From: Mobula hypostoma | Taxonomy: Eukaryota | Length of the DNA stretch: 64,000 bases | Direction of reading: 5' to 3' | Assembly (NCBI RefSeq): GCF_963921235.1 | Contig: NC_086097.1 | Span: 206,338,001-206,402,000, forward strand | Shown: in pieces, positions 49,171 to 63,469 of the stretch | How the letters are laid out: each line of letters opens with the position of its first letter | Numbering within the stretch: the first letter of the stretch is position 1 | The notes under the pieces: model-generated | What the model was told of the DNA's origin: nothing | The model's input: the letters and a program-made list of their open reading frames with translations, nothing else | Databases searched by the model: none | Made by a program: the position numbers and the translations under genes

Positions 49171-49424
49171 CTGACACACCAACACTGAACGGATTCCACA
49201 ACCTATGGATTCACTTTTAAGGACTCTACAATTCTTTTCTTTTTGTATTTACATGGTTTGTTTCTTCAGCACATTGATTGTTTGTCCATCTCTCATGTAC
49301 AGTTTTTCATTGATTCTATTGTTTTTCTTTCTATTTACTATGAACGCCCACATGAAAATAAATCTACGGGTAGTATATGGTGAAATATATGTACTTTGAT
49401 AATAAATTTACTTTGAAATTTGAA

Positions 49425-51720
49425 AACAATCCCAGTTTGCCCAACCTCTCCTTTTGGCACATGCCCTCTAATCTAAGCAGTATCCTGATAAGCCACTTCT
49501 GCACTCTCCACATTCTTTCATAGAGTCATAGAATCAAAGAAAAGAATAGAGCAGAAACAGGCTCTTTGGCCCATCTAGTCAGTGCTGAACCATTTAAACT
49601 GCCTAGTCCCATTGACCTGCGCCTGGACCATAGCCATCCATACCACTCCTATCCTTGTACCAGTCCAAACTTCATTTAAATGCTGAAATAAAGCTTGCAT
49701 GCACCACTTGTGCTGGCAGCTCATTCCACACTCTCATGGCCCTCTGAGTGAAGAAGTTTCCCCTCATGTTCCCATTAAACTTCTCACCTTTCACCCATAA
49801 CCCAAGATCTCTGGCTGTAGTTCCACCCAACCTCAGCGGATAAAGCCTGCTTGCATTTACCCTATCAATGCCCCTCATAATTTTGTATACCTCTATGAAT
49901 CTTCCTTCAATCTTCTACGTTCTAAGAAATGAAGTCCTAACCTATTCAACCTTTCCTCATGACTCAGGTCATCCAGTTCCAGCAACATCCTTGTAAATTT
50001 TCTCTGTACTCATTCAATCTTTCCTGTAGGTTGTTGACCAAAACTGCACACACAATACTTCAAATTAGACCTCAGCAAATTTGCCTTATACAATTTCAAC
50101 ATACACCTCATCTCCTGTACTCAATACTTTGAATTATGAAGGCCGATGTGCCAAAAGCTTTCTTTAAGCCTCTAGCTACCTGTGCTGCCACTTTCATTAA
50201 ACTATTAAACTGTATTCCAAGATCCTTTTGTTCTACCACATTTTTCAGTACCCTATCATTCACTGTGTGAGATCTAATCTGATTTGTCCTACTGAAGTGC
50301 AACACCTCGCACTTGTCTGCATTAAGTCCCATCTGATATTTTTCAGCACATTTTTCCAGCTGGTCCAGATCCCACTGCAAGCTCTGACAGTCTTACTCAC
50401 TGTCCACTGCACCCCTAATCTTGATGTCATCTGCAAATTTGCTGATCCAGTAAATGAAATTATCATTCAGATCATTGATATAGATGAAAAACAACCCAAT
50501 ACTGATGCTTATGACTCTCCACTAGTCTCAGGCCTCCAGTCAGAGAGGCAACCATCCACTATCATTCTCTGGCTTCTCCCACAAAGTCAATGTCTATTCC
50601 AATTACTATCTTGTCTTGAATGCCAAGCGACTGAACTTTCCTGACCAACCTCCCATACAGGACCTTGTCAAATACCTTCTACGTGGACAATATCCACTGC
50701 CTTGGTAACTTTCCTGATAACTTCCTCTAAAGAACTGTATAAAATTGATTAGACATGACCTATCATGCACAGCCATGTTAAGTATCCCTAATTAGTCTCT
50801 GTCTATCCAAATATTCATTAGTCCGATCCCTTAGAATATCTTCCAATAACTTTTCCAGTAGTGATGTCAGGCTCACCAGCCTATAATTTCCTGCTTTTCT
50901 TTTTAGAGCCTTTCTTAAACAGTAGAACGGAATTGGCTATTTCCAATCCTCCCTGATCCCTGTTACAAGGATGATTTATATTTCTCTGCTAGGGCCCCTG
51001 CAACTTCTGCACTTGCCTCCCACAGGGTCCAAATGAACACCTCGTCATGCCCAGAGGAGTTAGCCACCCTAATTTGCCCCAAGACAGCAAAACACGTCAT
51101 CTTCTGTAATCCGTACAGAGTTCCTGACTTTGCTGCTGAATTGCCTCTCTTCCATCAACTCTGTGTCTGTCTCCTGAGTAACTACAGAGGCAAAAAGTCC
51201 ATTTAAGATTCTCCGCCCCCTCCCCAATCTCTTCTGGCTCCATGCACAGATTAACATTTTGATCTTCCAGAGGAACAATTCTGAACCCTTGCAAACTTTT
51301 TGTTCTTAACATATCTGTCGAGTCCCTTAGGATTCTCCCTCAGCTTGTCTGCTAGGGCAAGCTCATGTTTTCTTTTAGCACTCCTAATTTCTTTCTGAAG
51401 TGTTCTCTTGCATTTCTTATACTCCATAAGCATCTCATTTGTTCCTACCTGCCTATACCTGCTATGCACCTGCTTTTTATTCTTAACCAGGGCTTAAATA
51501 TCTCTTGAAAACTAAGGTTCTCTATTTTCATAATGGGATGACCAAAAGTGAGTGCAATATTCCAGATGCAGCCTAACCAGAGTTTTATAAATTGGCAACA
51601 TAACTTCCTGATTCTTGAAATCATTGCCTCGACCAAGAAGGTTAAGCAGGCTATACACCTTACTTATCATATTGTTAACTTCTGTGGTGACTTTCAGTGA
51701 GTATAGACCTGGACCTGATG
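49425..51720 (-). mobile_element. Cluster of nested CR1 remnants
   Basis: KCEVLHF, KFADD, RSAKRKHELALADKL. A tail at about 49515-49550 lies inside an older CR1 piece. Confidence 0.8.
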
Positions 51721-51989
51721 ATCCCTGTTTACATCAAACACTGCAGATGATGGAATTTGATCAGCGAGGAAAGTGGAGCATGTAAGCAAACCAGGGAAGT
51801 GTGGAGGACTGATAGAACTGATGTGGAGGAAGAGAACTGATGGAGGTAGTGTGTGGGTGATGGAATAGATGGAGGAGGGATGGACAAGACCACCTCTTTG
51901 CTGAGAAACTGAACTCTGTACAAAATGGCCTTCTAGAACAGTAGTAGATAGCCATCTGAATTCTCCTCTTTATTCCCTCATGTCTGTCC

Positions 51990-52850
51990 TTAGTGTCCTC
52001 CATTGCTATGGTGAGATTAAGTGCAGTGAGGAATATAACCTCATATTCTGCCTGGGCCTAGACATTAAATTCTCCAATTTCATGTTTTCCCTTTTCTCCT
52101 TCTTCCTGATCTACCCAGTTCATCCCACACCCATCCTAGGTGTCACTTCACCTTTTCTTCCCCCTCTTCCGGCTATCACCCACACTGGGTCTCCTGTCCA
52201 TCACTGTTCCCATCTGCCACCCCATCTCCCTGATCCGATTCCATGCTTCTTTTCCCCTGCAATCAGATTCCATCATTGCTGCCTTCACCTATGAAAGTTC
52301 AAAGCTCAAAGTAAATTCATTATTAAAGTGCACATATGTCACCATACACAACCCTGAGATTAATTTTCTTGTAGAACAAAGAAATATTATAGAATCAAGG
52401 AAAAACAAGCAAAAGGACTGATTAAAAAAAGACAAACTGTGCAAATATAATAATGACAGTAACTAAATGATACAAGAACACAAGTTGTGGACGTCCTTGA
52501 AAGTGAGTCGGTAGGTTGTGGAATCAATTCACTGTTGTGGTGAGAAAGATTATCCAGCTTAATGACTGAAGGGTAATAACTTTTCCTAAACCTGTTGGTG
52601 TGGGACATCCCAGCCCTGTCATTATTCCCACTCTTCCCTCCTCTGCCTGTTTCTCACTGCCGCCTCATCCAGATTCGACTATCACCTATCAGGTCTTGCC
52701 CCAGCCTGTCCCTCCTCCTTTTATCCTGGCTTCCTTCCCTCTATCTTTCAGTCTAGATCTGAAACCTTGACCTTCCACAGCTGTGTCCTGACCCACTGAG
52801 TTCCTCTACCATCATGTTTGTTGCTCCAGATCCCAATATCTGTAGCCACA
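51990..52850 (+). mobile_element. Degenerate PLE 3' fragment, interrupted by a minus-strand Rex1 tail (about 52295-52605)
   Basis: EEYNLIFCLG...DIKFSNF; Rex1 HTNRFRKSYYPSVIKL on the minus strand. Confidence 0.6.
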
Positions 52851-53127
52851 GCAATCTATCCATCTGGAAAATCCTCATTGTAGAAGATTGATTATCACAT
52901 TAACAAAACTACCCTTAATGGCACATACCTCAAATTCCTGTATCTCAACCTATACAGCCATGCTATCGTTTTCCTTATTATTAAGGAATATAGGAATACA
53001 AGTAACTCACTGTGGCTTCTACCGTTACAGACCAGTTTATAACCATAATTGGTTTACAACGACTGAAGCCACAGAGTGTCTTAAAGAAAAGAATATTAAT
53101 GAATCTTAAAGAAAAGCATTCTACTTT

Positions 53128-53320
53128 TGAAACATAGAAACATAGAAAACCTACAGCACAATAATTCAATAACCCTTCAGCCCACAATGCTGTGCCGAAC
53201 ATGTACTTACTTTAGAAATTACCTAGGGTTACCCATAGCCCTCTATTTTTCTGAGCTCCATTTACCTATCCAGGAGTCTCTTAAAAGATCCTATCGTATC
53301 CACTTTTACCACCATCGCCT
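53128..53320 (-). mobile_element. CR1 3' tail fragment
   Basis: (gaaacata)n tail. Confidence 0.75.
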
Positions 53321-53671
53321 GTACCCGACTTTCCAATCTGACCCGGCAATTAAATCAGTAAAACATCAGCTCAATCCTTCTTTCCAGTCCCAGGCCCTAC
53401 TGCCTCAATTCTGCTTGTACACGCCACTCTGCAGCCATCCTGCAATAGCAGCCAATTATAGATTGCATCACACAGAAAATAAAGATAAAGAATTATTCTG
53501 AAGTTATAATAACACTTCCTTAAAATTGTGAAGGAAGAAATATACATCCTGGATCTATTATCTTGACAGTTTTATGTAGTGTAATATAGGACTGTATTGT
53601 GAGAGATGCCACATTTTAGATATGACTTTTTATTATGCTAATGTATATATCACTGGAAAGTAGTGTTACTT

Positions 53672-54447
53672 AGAACCTTGAACATAGAATTCTAGAGCAC
53701 GTTACAGGCCCTTTGGCCCACAATGTTGTGACGACCATGTAACCTACTTTAGAAACTGCCGAGAAATATTCTGCCATATAGCCCTCTAGTTTTCCTAAGC
53801 TCTATATGCCTATCTACGAGTCTCTTAAAAGACCCTATTGTATCCACTTTCACCATCACCACTGGCAGTGCATTCCTTGCACCCACCACTCTCTGTGTAA
53901 AAAAACTTACCCCTGGCATCTCTTCTGTACCTATTTCCAAGCACCTTAAAACTGTGCCCCCTCATGTTAGCCATTTCAGCCTTGGGAAAATGCCTCTGGC
54001 TATCACCATGATCAATGCCTCTCATCACCTTATACACCTCTATCAGGTCACCTCTCACCCTCCGTCGATACAAGGAGAAAAGGCCAAGTTCACTGAACCT
54101 ATTCTCATAAGGCACGCTCTCCAATCCAGGCAACATCCCTGTAAATCTCCTCTGCGCTCTTTCTATAGTATCCACATCCTTCCTGTAGTGAGGTGACCAG
54201 AACTGAGCACCGAACTCCAAGTGGGGTCTGACCAGGATCTTATATAGCTGTAACATTACCTCTCGGCTCCCAAACTCAATCCCATGATTGATGAAGGCCA
54301 ATGCACCGTATGCCTTCTTAACCACAGAGTCAACCAGTGCAACAGCTTTGAGTGTCCTGTGGACCCGGACCCCAAAATCCCTCTGATCCTCCACACTGCC
54401 AAGAGTCTTACCATTAAAATTATATTCTGCCATGATCTTTGACCTAC
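53672..54447 (-). mobile_element. CR1 3' fragment (RT C-terminus)
   Basis: ORF 53825-54433: LYKILVRPHLEFGAQFWSPHYRKD. Confidence 0.9.
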
Positions 54448-54759
54448 TTTATGAAATTCTAAAGCTTATTTTGACCAAATTTAATGCCTCAACGGTAACC
54501 AAATCCTTTGTTGTTGAGACATGAATACAGTTTTATTTCAACAGTCGCTTCTGTTTCGATAAGAACATTGATCTATTTGATCCTTCATGGGAATCAATGA
54601 CCCTATTCTTCTTGTCCAGGCACAATTATATACATGTAGGTATATCATTGTTAGATCTGCAGTTCCTAAAATCATTGTCCGACAAACAAAAGCAAAGCCC
54701 TCTTGCTGGTGAGATCAGGCAGAGCAGAAACATAACCAAGAACGAGACCTAACCTTCAC

Positions 54760-56500
54760 CATAATGATGTTGAAACTATTGGCATAATGATCACTAGATG
54801 CAAAGTGGTCCACTATACACAATTCAGCCACATGCCTGTCTCATATCTTAATAGGTGACCTAGTACCATACTTTATGTACTGATTAAGGAAAGTTTCTTG
54901 AACCCATTTGACAAACTCCTTCCCATCCAGCCTTTTTACAGTATGGGAGTCCCAGTCAATATGTGGAAAGTTCAAAACAATTACTATCACAACCTTATGA
55001 TTCTTGCAACAGTCTGCGATCTCACTACAAATTTCCTCCTCTAAATCCCATGGGCTGTTGGGTGATATATAATATAATCTCATTAACATTGTCTTTCCTG
55101 TTTTATTCCTCAATTCCATTCATATAACCCAGGAGACGAGCTCTCCAGTTTGTCCTGTCTAAGTACTGCCATGACATTTTCCCTGAATAGTAATGCCACC
55201 CCTCCCCCTTTAATCTCACCCACTCCATCACACCTAAAACAATGGAAACCTGGAACATTGAATGTCCTGAAACCAAGTTTCACTAATGGCTACATTATCA
55301 TGGTTCCATGTGTTGATCTATGCCCTAAGCTCATCCACCTTTCTGACGATACTCCTTGTATTGAAATACACACAACTCAGAATATTAGTCCTACCTTGCT
55401 CAATCTTCCAATTCCTAACTTGGTATGTAGCCTTAACATTTTTCCTCTCAACTACTCCACCGTCTACTCTGGCTCTCTGGTTCCCATCCCCCTGCAACTC
55501 TAGTTTAAACATCCACCACCTCCCCCCTCCGTTGCAGTAGCAATCCTTTGGCAAGGATATTAGACCCCCTCTAATTCAGAAACAAACTTCCCTTCCGTGC
55601 AGGTCCCACATTCTCTGGAAGAGAGCGCAATGATCCACAAAATCTAAAGACCTCCTTCCGGCACCATCTTCTTAGTCACATGTTAAACTGTATGATTATC
55701 CAGCTTCTGGCCTCACTAGCACATGGCATGGGTAGCAATTCTGTGATCACATCCCTGTCCTTTAACATAGCACCTAACTCCCTGAACTCAGTTTGCACCC
55801 AGCAGGACGGACAAACAACCAATGTGTAAAAGACAACAAACTGTGTCAACACAAAAGAAAAAAAAATAACAATAATAAATTGAATAAGCAGTAACTATCA
55901 AGAACATGAGATGAAGAATCCTTGAAAGTGAGCCCACAGGCTGTGGGAACACTTCAGTGGTGGAGTGAGTGAAGTTGAGTGAGGTTATTCCCTCTATTTC
56001 AAGAGCCTGATGGTTGATGGGTAATAACCTGTCCTGAAGCTGGTGGTGTGAGTCTGGAGGTTCCTGTGTCACTTTCCTGATGGCAGCAGCGAGAAGAGGG
56101 CATGGCCTAGGTGGTGGGGGTCCTTGATGATGGATGCTGCTTTCCTGTGACAATGTTCCATGTAGATGTCCTCAACGGTCAGGAGACTTTATTCTTGATG
56201 GCCATCTCTAGGGGAGGTGCCCCACAGTACACTGCATTTGCCGCATATCCATTTTCACCCTCCTAACAGGTACCCAGTTACTTGTGTTCTGCACCTTAGG
56301 TATAACTACCTCTCTGTAAATTCTGCCGATCAACCCCTCAGCCTCCCAATGATCTTGAGTTCATCCAGTTCCAGCTCCAATTCTTTATCATGGTCTGAAA
56401 GAAGCTGCATCTGGAGGACACTGGAGGTCTCCCTGCCTTCACACATCCTGCAAGAGGAGCATATGAATTTCCTGCCTGGCATCCCCACTGCTCTATAAGA
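54760..56500 (-). mobile_element. CR1 ORF1/endonuclease remnant with a nested Rex1 3' fragment (55790-56200)
   Basis: VYFNTRSIVRKVDEL, LNFPHIDW; Rex1 KAASIIKDPHHLGHALFSLLPSG. Confidence 0.78.
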
Positions 56501-57559
56501 AAGAAAGAAAAATTACTTGAAAAAATCTACCTGCGGTCTCCACCTCTCCTCGCCAAAGCCTCTAAGAGCCAAAACCTGAATCTCCCCACTCTTTAACACT
56601 GGCCTGCTCCCACAATGGATGCTCCGCTTAAACCTAATTTCTTTTTTTTGAACCCTGCCAAATATCTAATTATATATAATCCATGTCACCTCGAGAACTG
56701 TGGCACACAGAATGTCCTGACTTCCCCTGCTTGCATCTTTGGTACTCTCTCTCCCACTGCACAATCCAACAGCTCCTCAGGACCTTCGGTGCATGGAATC
56801 TACTATCTGCAATCTACATCTGCAATCCTCCAAGGCTATTCTTTCCAGGATCCCTGAGTTTTCCTGTCTGGCATAAAACATTTTCTACAAATTATGAAAG
56901 ACAATGCCTTAGCCATCTCCTCCCTAGTATCAAATGCACTTGAAGGTGGATATTGAATTAGTGAGCAGCCTCCTGAATGCACACTGGCCACTGCATTCAT
57001 CCAGAACAGTTGTTCTCATGGGAATGTGGTTCAGAACCAGCTACAGCACTCACAGCAAAGTCTTTCCACAATGTGGGCAACAGCTGAAAGAGAAGGTGGG
57101 ATAAAGTGGCAGGAAAAGTCCAACCCACTAGATTGATGGAAGATACTTTGATAGTCAAATAAACCCCAAAGTACCTAAGTACTGTCAAATTTATCAAATG
57201 CTTAGAAACACTTTGCAAGTTTTTGAGTGGTTGAGATTTTCAGAAAATTCAGAAATACTGTATAAATAATTTGTAAAATAAATCACTTCATAAAATCTGA
57301 ATAAAATATTAAAAAATCTAAAACGTTTTAATCACATGTAAAGCAATTATAAATTTGTTCAAAGCAACTAAAAATAAATACATTTACCTAATATTTACCT
57401 TTGCTTCTGGGAGTCATTTCCCCTCCATTGGATTGAATAGTAGAGCACTACTGCTTAAGGTCTAGCCGAGTGAAAGGTGTTGGATGCCCCACCATATGAA
57501 TTGGAAATTGCCTCACCTTCTCACTCTCATGTTCAATTCTATGGAAGCCCAGTATCCAA

Positions 57560-58445
57560 GTGGACTCAGGGAAAAAAAAATAATGAAGCTGGAAAGTTTG
57601 GATCTGTATTCCTTGAAATCTAGAAAAATGTGGGGAGACCTTATTCAAACATTTAAGCTTCTAAGGAGGCCTGATGTTGAGATGTTTTCACTAGTTGGAG
57701 CCACTAACAAAGAGACATAGCTCCCAAATAAAGTGCCAGTCATTTTAAACCAATGTACATAGAAATTTCTTTCCTAGAGTGTAGTGAACCTGGAATTCTT
57801 TGTCTCCAAGGATGTGGGAGATCGGAATATGAGATATATTAGATGGAATTTTAGATATATTGGAATATTAGATAGAAATATAGAACTGTGCAAAAGTCTT
57901 GGGCACATGTTAGGTGAGGATTGTTTCAAAAATAATGAAATGAGAAGTTTCTAAATTTAAAAAAATACTCTAAAGCTCAGTAAATAGTAAAAACTAAATC
58001 AAATCAATATCTGGTGTGACTACCCTTTGCCTTTAAAATTGCATCAATTCTCTTAGTCATGCAGTTTTATAACAAAATCAGCTGGAAGGTTTTTCCAAGC
58101 ATCTTGGAGAACTTGCCACAGTTCTTCTGCAGACTTTGACTATCTCACTTGCTTTGGTCTCTCCAGGTAATCCCAGACAGCCTCGATGATATCGAGATCA
58201 AGGACCTGTGGAGGCCATACTATCTGAAACCATATAAAAAATCTAGGGTGCCTAAGACTTTTGTACAGTACTGTAGATAAGAAGTGGGAAAAAAGATTAT
58301 ATTTAAAAGGCTGAGGAATTTGAAGTTTGAATCTGAAGGGGAACAGTCACAGAAGAGGAACTGAGGCCAGTATAAATCAACCATGATCATGTTGCCTAGC
58401 AGGACAAGGCCAAGGGGTCTGGTGACCTCTCCTGCTCCTATTTTT
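57560..58445 (+). mobile_element. Old CR1 3' fragment, split by a Tc1 derivative
   Basis: LDLYSLKSRKMWGDLIQTFKLL; ctcctgctcctattttt tail. Confidence 0.65.
57883..58273. mobile_element. Internally deleted non-autonomous Tc1 element
   Basis: TIRs actgtgcaaaagtcttgggcac and gtgcctaagacttttgtacagt, TA-flanked. Interior is the reverse complement of the Tc1 3' end at about 48850-49140. Confidence 0.8.
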
Positions 58446-59761
58446 TTTGCATCGTTTTCTTGTGCTCTTGAGTGGTTGACTGCAATTTTGGTTTTTCCAT
58501 ATATACAATGAAATCCTAAAGTTGATGACATTTACTCAAAGGCAATGTTATTCTTCAAAACGATAAATGCCATTAGTTTCATGGAAAATCTTGATCATCT
58601 ACCTTCGTAGTAATATTACTAGTGATGTAAAATGGCAGATGATACATACTATTTACCATTAAAAGATAAAATAAGATTTATGGTTCATGTGTTTTTAAGC
58701 AATCAAAAATGATGCATGAAATATCTAATGTTGCACAACACTTTAATACTTAATTATGGGAGAGACTGCAAGTATGCTATAATAAAATATTAATATCAAT
58801 CCCTATCAAATAGGGATTTAAATTGCTTTATGTAGTGATTTTTTGGTTAATTTAGTTATTTGCTTCATTTCTGGTTGGTTACTGGTGGTTAAAACTGACA
58901 ATAAAATATCACCCGAACAGATTATCTGTTCTAAATTAACCGCACTTATGCAATATGATCCTGTACATTATTTGCACCTATTGATTTGCCAAACAATTGA
59001 TTAATATAACCAGCCAATACTATGACCTGGATTTTGTGGTTACAATAATTGCAGAATTCACTATCACCACATGTGAAACCGACTGCAACTTTGGGAGTGC
59101 GTTTTACATAAAAATCCTAAAAAATGCTTCAATGTCTCACAGTTTCTTCACATGCTACAGAGGTTTGCAGTTTTCTCCAAAGTAACAAATTGATTTGACA
59201 AAAAAGGTGTTTTTAAGCTATCCTCATAGTAAAAATCCTTGAAAGTGCTAGAAAGTTGTTTCATAAGGTGCACTGAAACTTTCAGTACTGTACTGAGCCA
59301 TAATTAATACTTATACAAATCTTTAGCACTAAGAAACTAATCTTGGTTGAGCATCTCAAATTATAATGTATATAAGTGAACATAATTTTTTAAAACAACT
59401 TTTCTCATGATATTTCAGCTTCTATTTACAGTATATCATTTGCACAAATTGAAAGCTTTATTTTGTGCTTTCCAGAACTTTTTTGTAATATGGCTAAATA
59501 GTTGCTTCCTTCCTGTCCCATGAGTGATACTTAATGAGACAGGCTGCTCAGCCTGACTGATAGCCTATGTGTCCCACAAAATCTCTTGAAGTGAAGCTTG
59601 ATGGCAAGCAACACAAAAAAGAAGGGGAAGTCCGCCCCGATAGCTGAATCTTTGTGGCAGCTCTTTTAATTCTGGTGCCTACTTTAATGCTAACCATATC
59701 AAATGTGAGAAAAGAAGTAAAAAACGTTAGGAATAAAAGGAAGTTTCCACAAATGTTTGTC

Positions 59762-60138
59762 ACCATCACCATTATATGCTGTGTTGCATGACATTGGTAA
59801 TCATGGTCCTATGACCGTGATTGTTCCTGGCAAATTTTTCTACAGAAGTGGTTTGCCATTGCCTTCTTCTGGGCAGTGTTTTTACTAGATGGTTGACCCC
59901 AGCCATTATCAATAGTCTTCAGAGATTGTGTATCTGGTGTCAGCAGTCACATAACCAGGACTTTTGATATGCATCAACTGCTCATACGACCAGCCACCAC
60001 CCGTTCCCATGGCTTCACGTGTCCCTGATCAGGGGACTAAGTTGGTGCTACGTCTTGCCCAAGAGTGACCTGCAGGCTTGTGGAGGGAAGGTGCACCTTG
60101 CACTTCCTTTGGTAGAAATGTATCTCCACCCTGCCACT
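59762..60138 (-). mobile_element. RTE-related SINE
   Basis: agaagtggtttgccattgccttc motif and a (cat/cac)n tail typical of RTE-mobilised SINEs. Confidence 0.55.
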
Positions 60139-60808
60139 CAGCCACAAATGTTATGCCACAAATTTGTTCTGTTCTGCATAAACTTCAAACTTGATATAAT
60201 GTTCACTGATTGAATTTCCTGGGGCTTATGGAAACTCCTGCTCAACAATATAGCTATATCTTAGTGTTTTTGATAGTTAAGTGGGGATGGCAGTGGAGGG
60301 GGGAACAATGAAATAAATGTTTCTTTTCCCATGATTTTAGTTAGGGGTACCAGGTGCGTCTAAAGTGTCATTCACTTCCCACTTGGGGCATAGTTATTCT
60401 TAGAAGGAATTCCACCAAAATGAGTAAATGTGGCTTCAGGGCCCATTGCCTTTGTGCTTCATTCATTAGTGGTCCCAGATATGCCTCTTCATTCTGAACA
60501 TTCTCAATATAACTAAAGCCTTAAAATAGCAAGTTACTTGCTTAATTCTATTCTGTCAGTACCATTCAACAGTCATAAGTATAGGTGAGAACTGTCATTT
60601 ATTTTAGTTTTACTTGTGTACTTTTTAAAAATCACTGCAGGGAAATACTAATGGGGGATGTGTACTCTAACTTGTTTGAAATGCTTCAAAGACATTACAA
60701 AGTGTATCCATTAGAAAATTGATTTAAGGGGTCAGAAATACTCACATATTCATAATAATTTTGCTGTGCAGAAATGTTTTAGTTTCAGTTACTTATTTGA
60801 TAGCTTAC

Positions 60809-60952
60809 CATTTGTGGGAGTTGGATGTCAGCGAGGCTGTTAATAAGGGCCTGACTCAGACCAGCTAATTCCTTTAACAAACTCTCATTGTGCTGCTCAA
60901 TTAGTTTATTCTCCTCCTCAATTGTTTTCAAATTGCTCTCCATGGAAGTAAT
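60809..60952 (-). CDS. ST18: ST18 penultimate coding exon: [48 protein letters not shown]
   Basis: 144-bp phase-0 exon bounded by ttttag and gtaagc, in frame with the flanking exons; near-identical to vertebrate ST18 as I recall it. Confidence 0.95.
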
Positions 60953-61313
60953 CTAAAATTTAGAAATAATTTTTCTTTAATTACATAATGGGCGCTTTAC
61001 AAATTTCACAGAAATACAGCTTTGATTTATTATTGACAACGTAGCACTAAGAATTTTTCAGTTGGTAAACTACAGAACTAGACGTTGACTATGTTAATGT
61101 GAGTACCAGCTAAACCATAAAGCTGTATTATTTAGTCAACACTGTGGAAACATAACTGAAAAAATAAAAGTCAGGCATTAAAAGAAGGCAATCATTGTCA
61201 AAGCACTGCATAAGGTGGCTGAAAATGTAGTGAAGTATAGCATATCCATGTCTTCAGATGAAACACTTCCATTGTTCCTGCAAAATGCAGCTCATGTACT
61301 GGCTGATGTTTAC

Positions 61314-61417
61314 CTGTGTCTGAAGTTTTATCATATCTGCTTCCATTTTTAAATTTGATTCATTCAGCTCCTTAATTTCATCATCCAAATGATTGATCTC
61401 CTCATTGTTTTCAGCTC
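61314..61417 (-). CDS. ST18: ST18 coding exon (third from last), coiled-coil region: (G)[34 protein letters not shown]
   Basis: Manual translation of the minus strand. Acceptor tttattttctgtag, donor gtaaac. Matches the MYT1/MYT1L/ST18 C-terminal coiled coil as I recall it; HLD, NLK and LQTQ favour ST18. Confidence 0.93.
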
Positions 61418-63469
61418 CTACAGAAAATAAAGGCAGTACATTTATCTATGTGGTCAGTGCCTGTAGATGGCGTACAATTACTGTGGAAAATATTTAGAAA
61501 TTCATCCCTGTTCAGTCACATTAAACACATTATATAAAACAACAGCTGTGCGATCTCCTCTGCTTCTGAATGCACAGTTATTACCATGTAATGTGTTTAT
61601 ACGATGAGTACTCTTGACCAAGGATGAATTGTTATTGGTAAGGCAACTTATAGATTTTACTGTGTGGAAATCTCTGAATGTGCATAGTAGCTTGATGGTC
61701 CCGTAATCTGCATGTGTATTTCACCAAGTGAAGTGATTGCCCTTGGTGATTAAGCTGCTTATGTTTTGACCTAATGAAGACATACATAATAAATTTATGA
61801 CTCTTTTGACTCTATTTTCTTAATGTATTTTGATGGAACACAATTCAGTGAATGGCCAGCTCCAGATGAATCTATCAAGTAGTGATTAAATCCATGTTGC
61901 AGTGCAGGGTGCTTTCCGAGTGACCCAGGCAGTAGAAGAATAACTCAGGCTGTTTAAGAGTAGCAATAGTCTACTCAATGACACTGTAAAAGGCAGCATA
62001 ACCCATCTTATTAATGTTCACTTCTTGAGTGACAGCTTCAGGTGGTTTTGAAAAAAGTATATTGTGCAGTTTGTTCTCAATGCTGGATTGTTCGCTGAGA
62101 AAATAAAAACATACAGAATGGACCATTCTTTTATGACAATTATCATGAATGTTCTCTGAGTTTTTAGGTGTTGGTCATCATTATGTTCTGCCCATGATCA
62201 TCACTGAGGGAGACATATCCTGTTCAGTTCTCGAGTATCTCAGGATTCCTAAGGGTTTTTAGTTAAGGCCAATAGTTCCTTGTTTCTGGGAATCCTGATT
62301 TCTTAGAAAATCATTTTCCCTGCTGCTTTCTCCTTGAGCCCGGAGCATTCGTTATCTCCCTTATACATGGTGGACTATAATCAGCGTGATGCAACTTGTG
62401 TGTCCAGCGGCAACCTGGAGAAAGCTAGAGGTACAGAAATTTATCGCAACTCTTATTACTTTAGGTTGTCATGAACAAGGGAGCATTAGCCTACTATATA
62501 CTGTAGCTGAAGGTGTGATTACAGATCTCTTGGAGAAGAAAGAAGTCCACAACTATTGCTCTTCTATCTTTGATGTGGAGAAAATTTTCCTAGAGAAACT
62601 TTATGTTAAGGTCTCCTCCTCTCTCTTACTTTCTCTCTTCTCTCATTGTGGCACTCTGGCCCATAGTTCCTTTCCTTCTCTACTCCTCTATTCTGCAGGT
62701 CCGGAACTCTAAGCTTCTTATTCCTCTCTCTTGATGGGGCAACTGTAGCTCTAGTGAAACTTTATATTGTTCACTGCATCCTCTTACGACTTCGGAATAT
62801 TAAAAGTTTCCAGCAATAGAAGTGAAGAATATGTGCAATACCGGCTCTCCTTAGCACACACAAATGGACAAGTCAACAAAGGTCCTCTTCAGAAAACACA
62901 ATGAGATTGGCAGGGGTAATATTCTTGCTGTTTTTAAATGCTAGACTCCCTGTGAGTGACTAACATATTGTGTTAGCAGGACTGCCACAGAACATCTTGA
63001 CTGATGTAAAATCAATGTTGCATGAGGACTGATGTCATGAAATGTCTAATCTGAATATATTCAACGTGTTCAACCACTTCATGTATCACTGCATAATCAG
63101 TTTGCTGGATGCTGCAATTTACACTTGGCAATAATTTCAATTAAGGCACACGTGCCTTTCTTGGACAGCGTTATTGATGTCAATAAGAACATGATTGTGC
63201 ATTTCAAAATCTGGAGGGAAACTGAAAACCATGAGATCAAACAAAAAGCAAAGCAATGGAGCTCTAGCCCTGACCTGTCTTCTTCACTCAGAGACTATGC
63301 TGAAGTCTGTCTGTTATTTCCTACCACTGCTGATAGGCAACTTAGGTCTTTGATGACACTCGAAGTCAAATTGCTTTCCAAATACATTTCAAAAAATTCC
63401 TTTAAAAACCTTCATAAATAAATCTGTTGTTGCATTTATAGATTCCCCTCACTAATACTTTTTGATTGA

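Noticed and set aside
44149..61417. Assignment to MYT1 or MYT1L rather than ST18
   Set aside because: [31 protein letters not shown] and [11 protein letters not shown] fit ST18 better, by recollection of the paralogues; a phylogeny would confirm.
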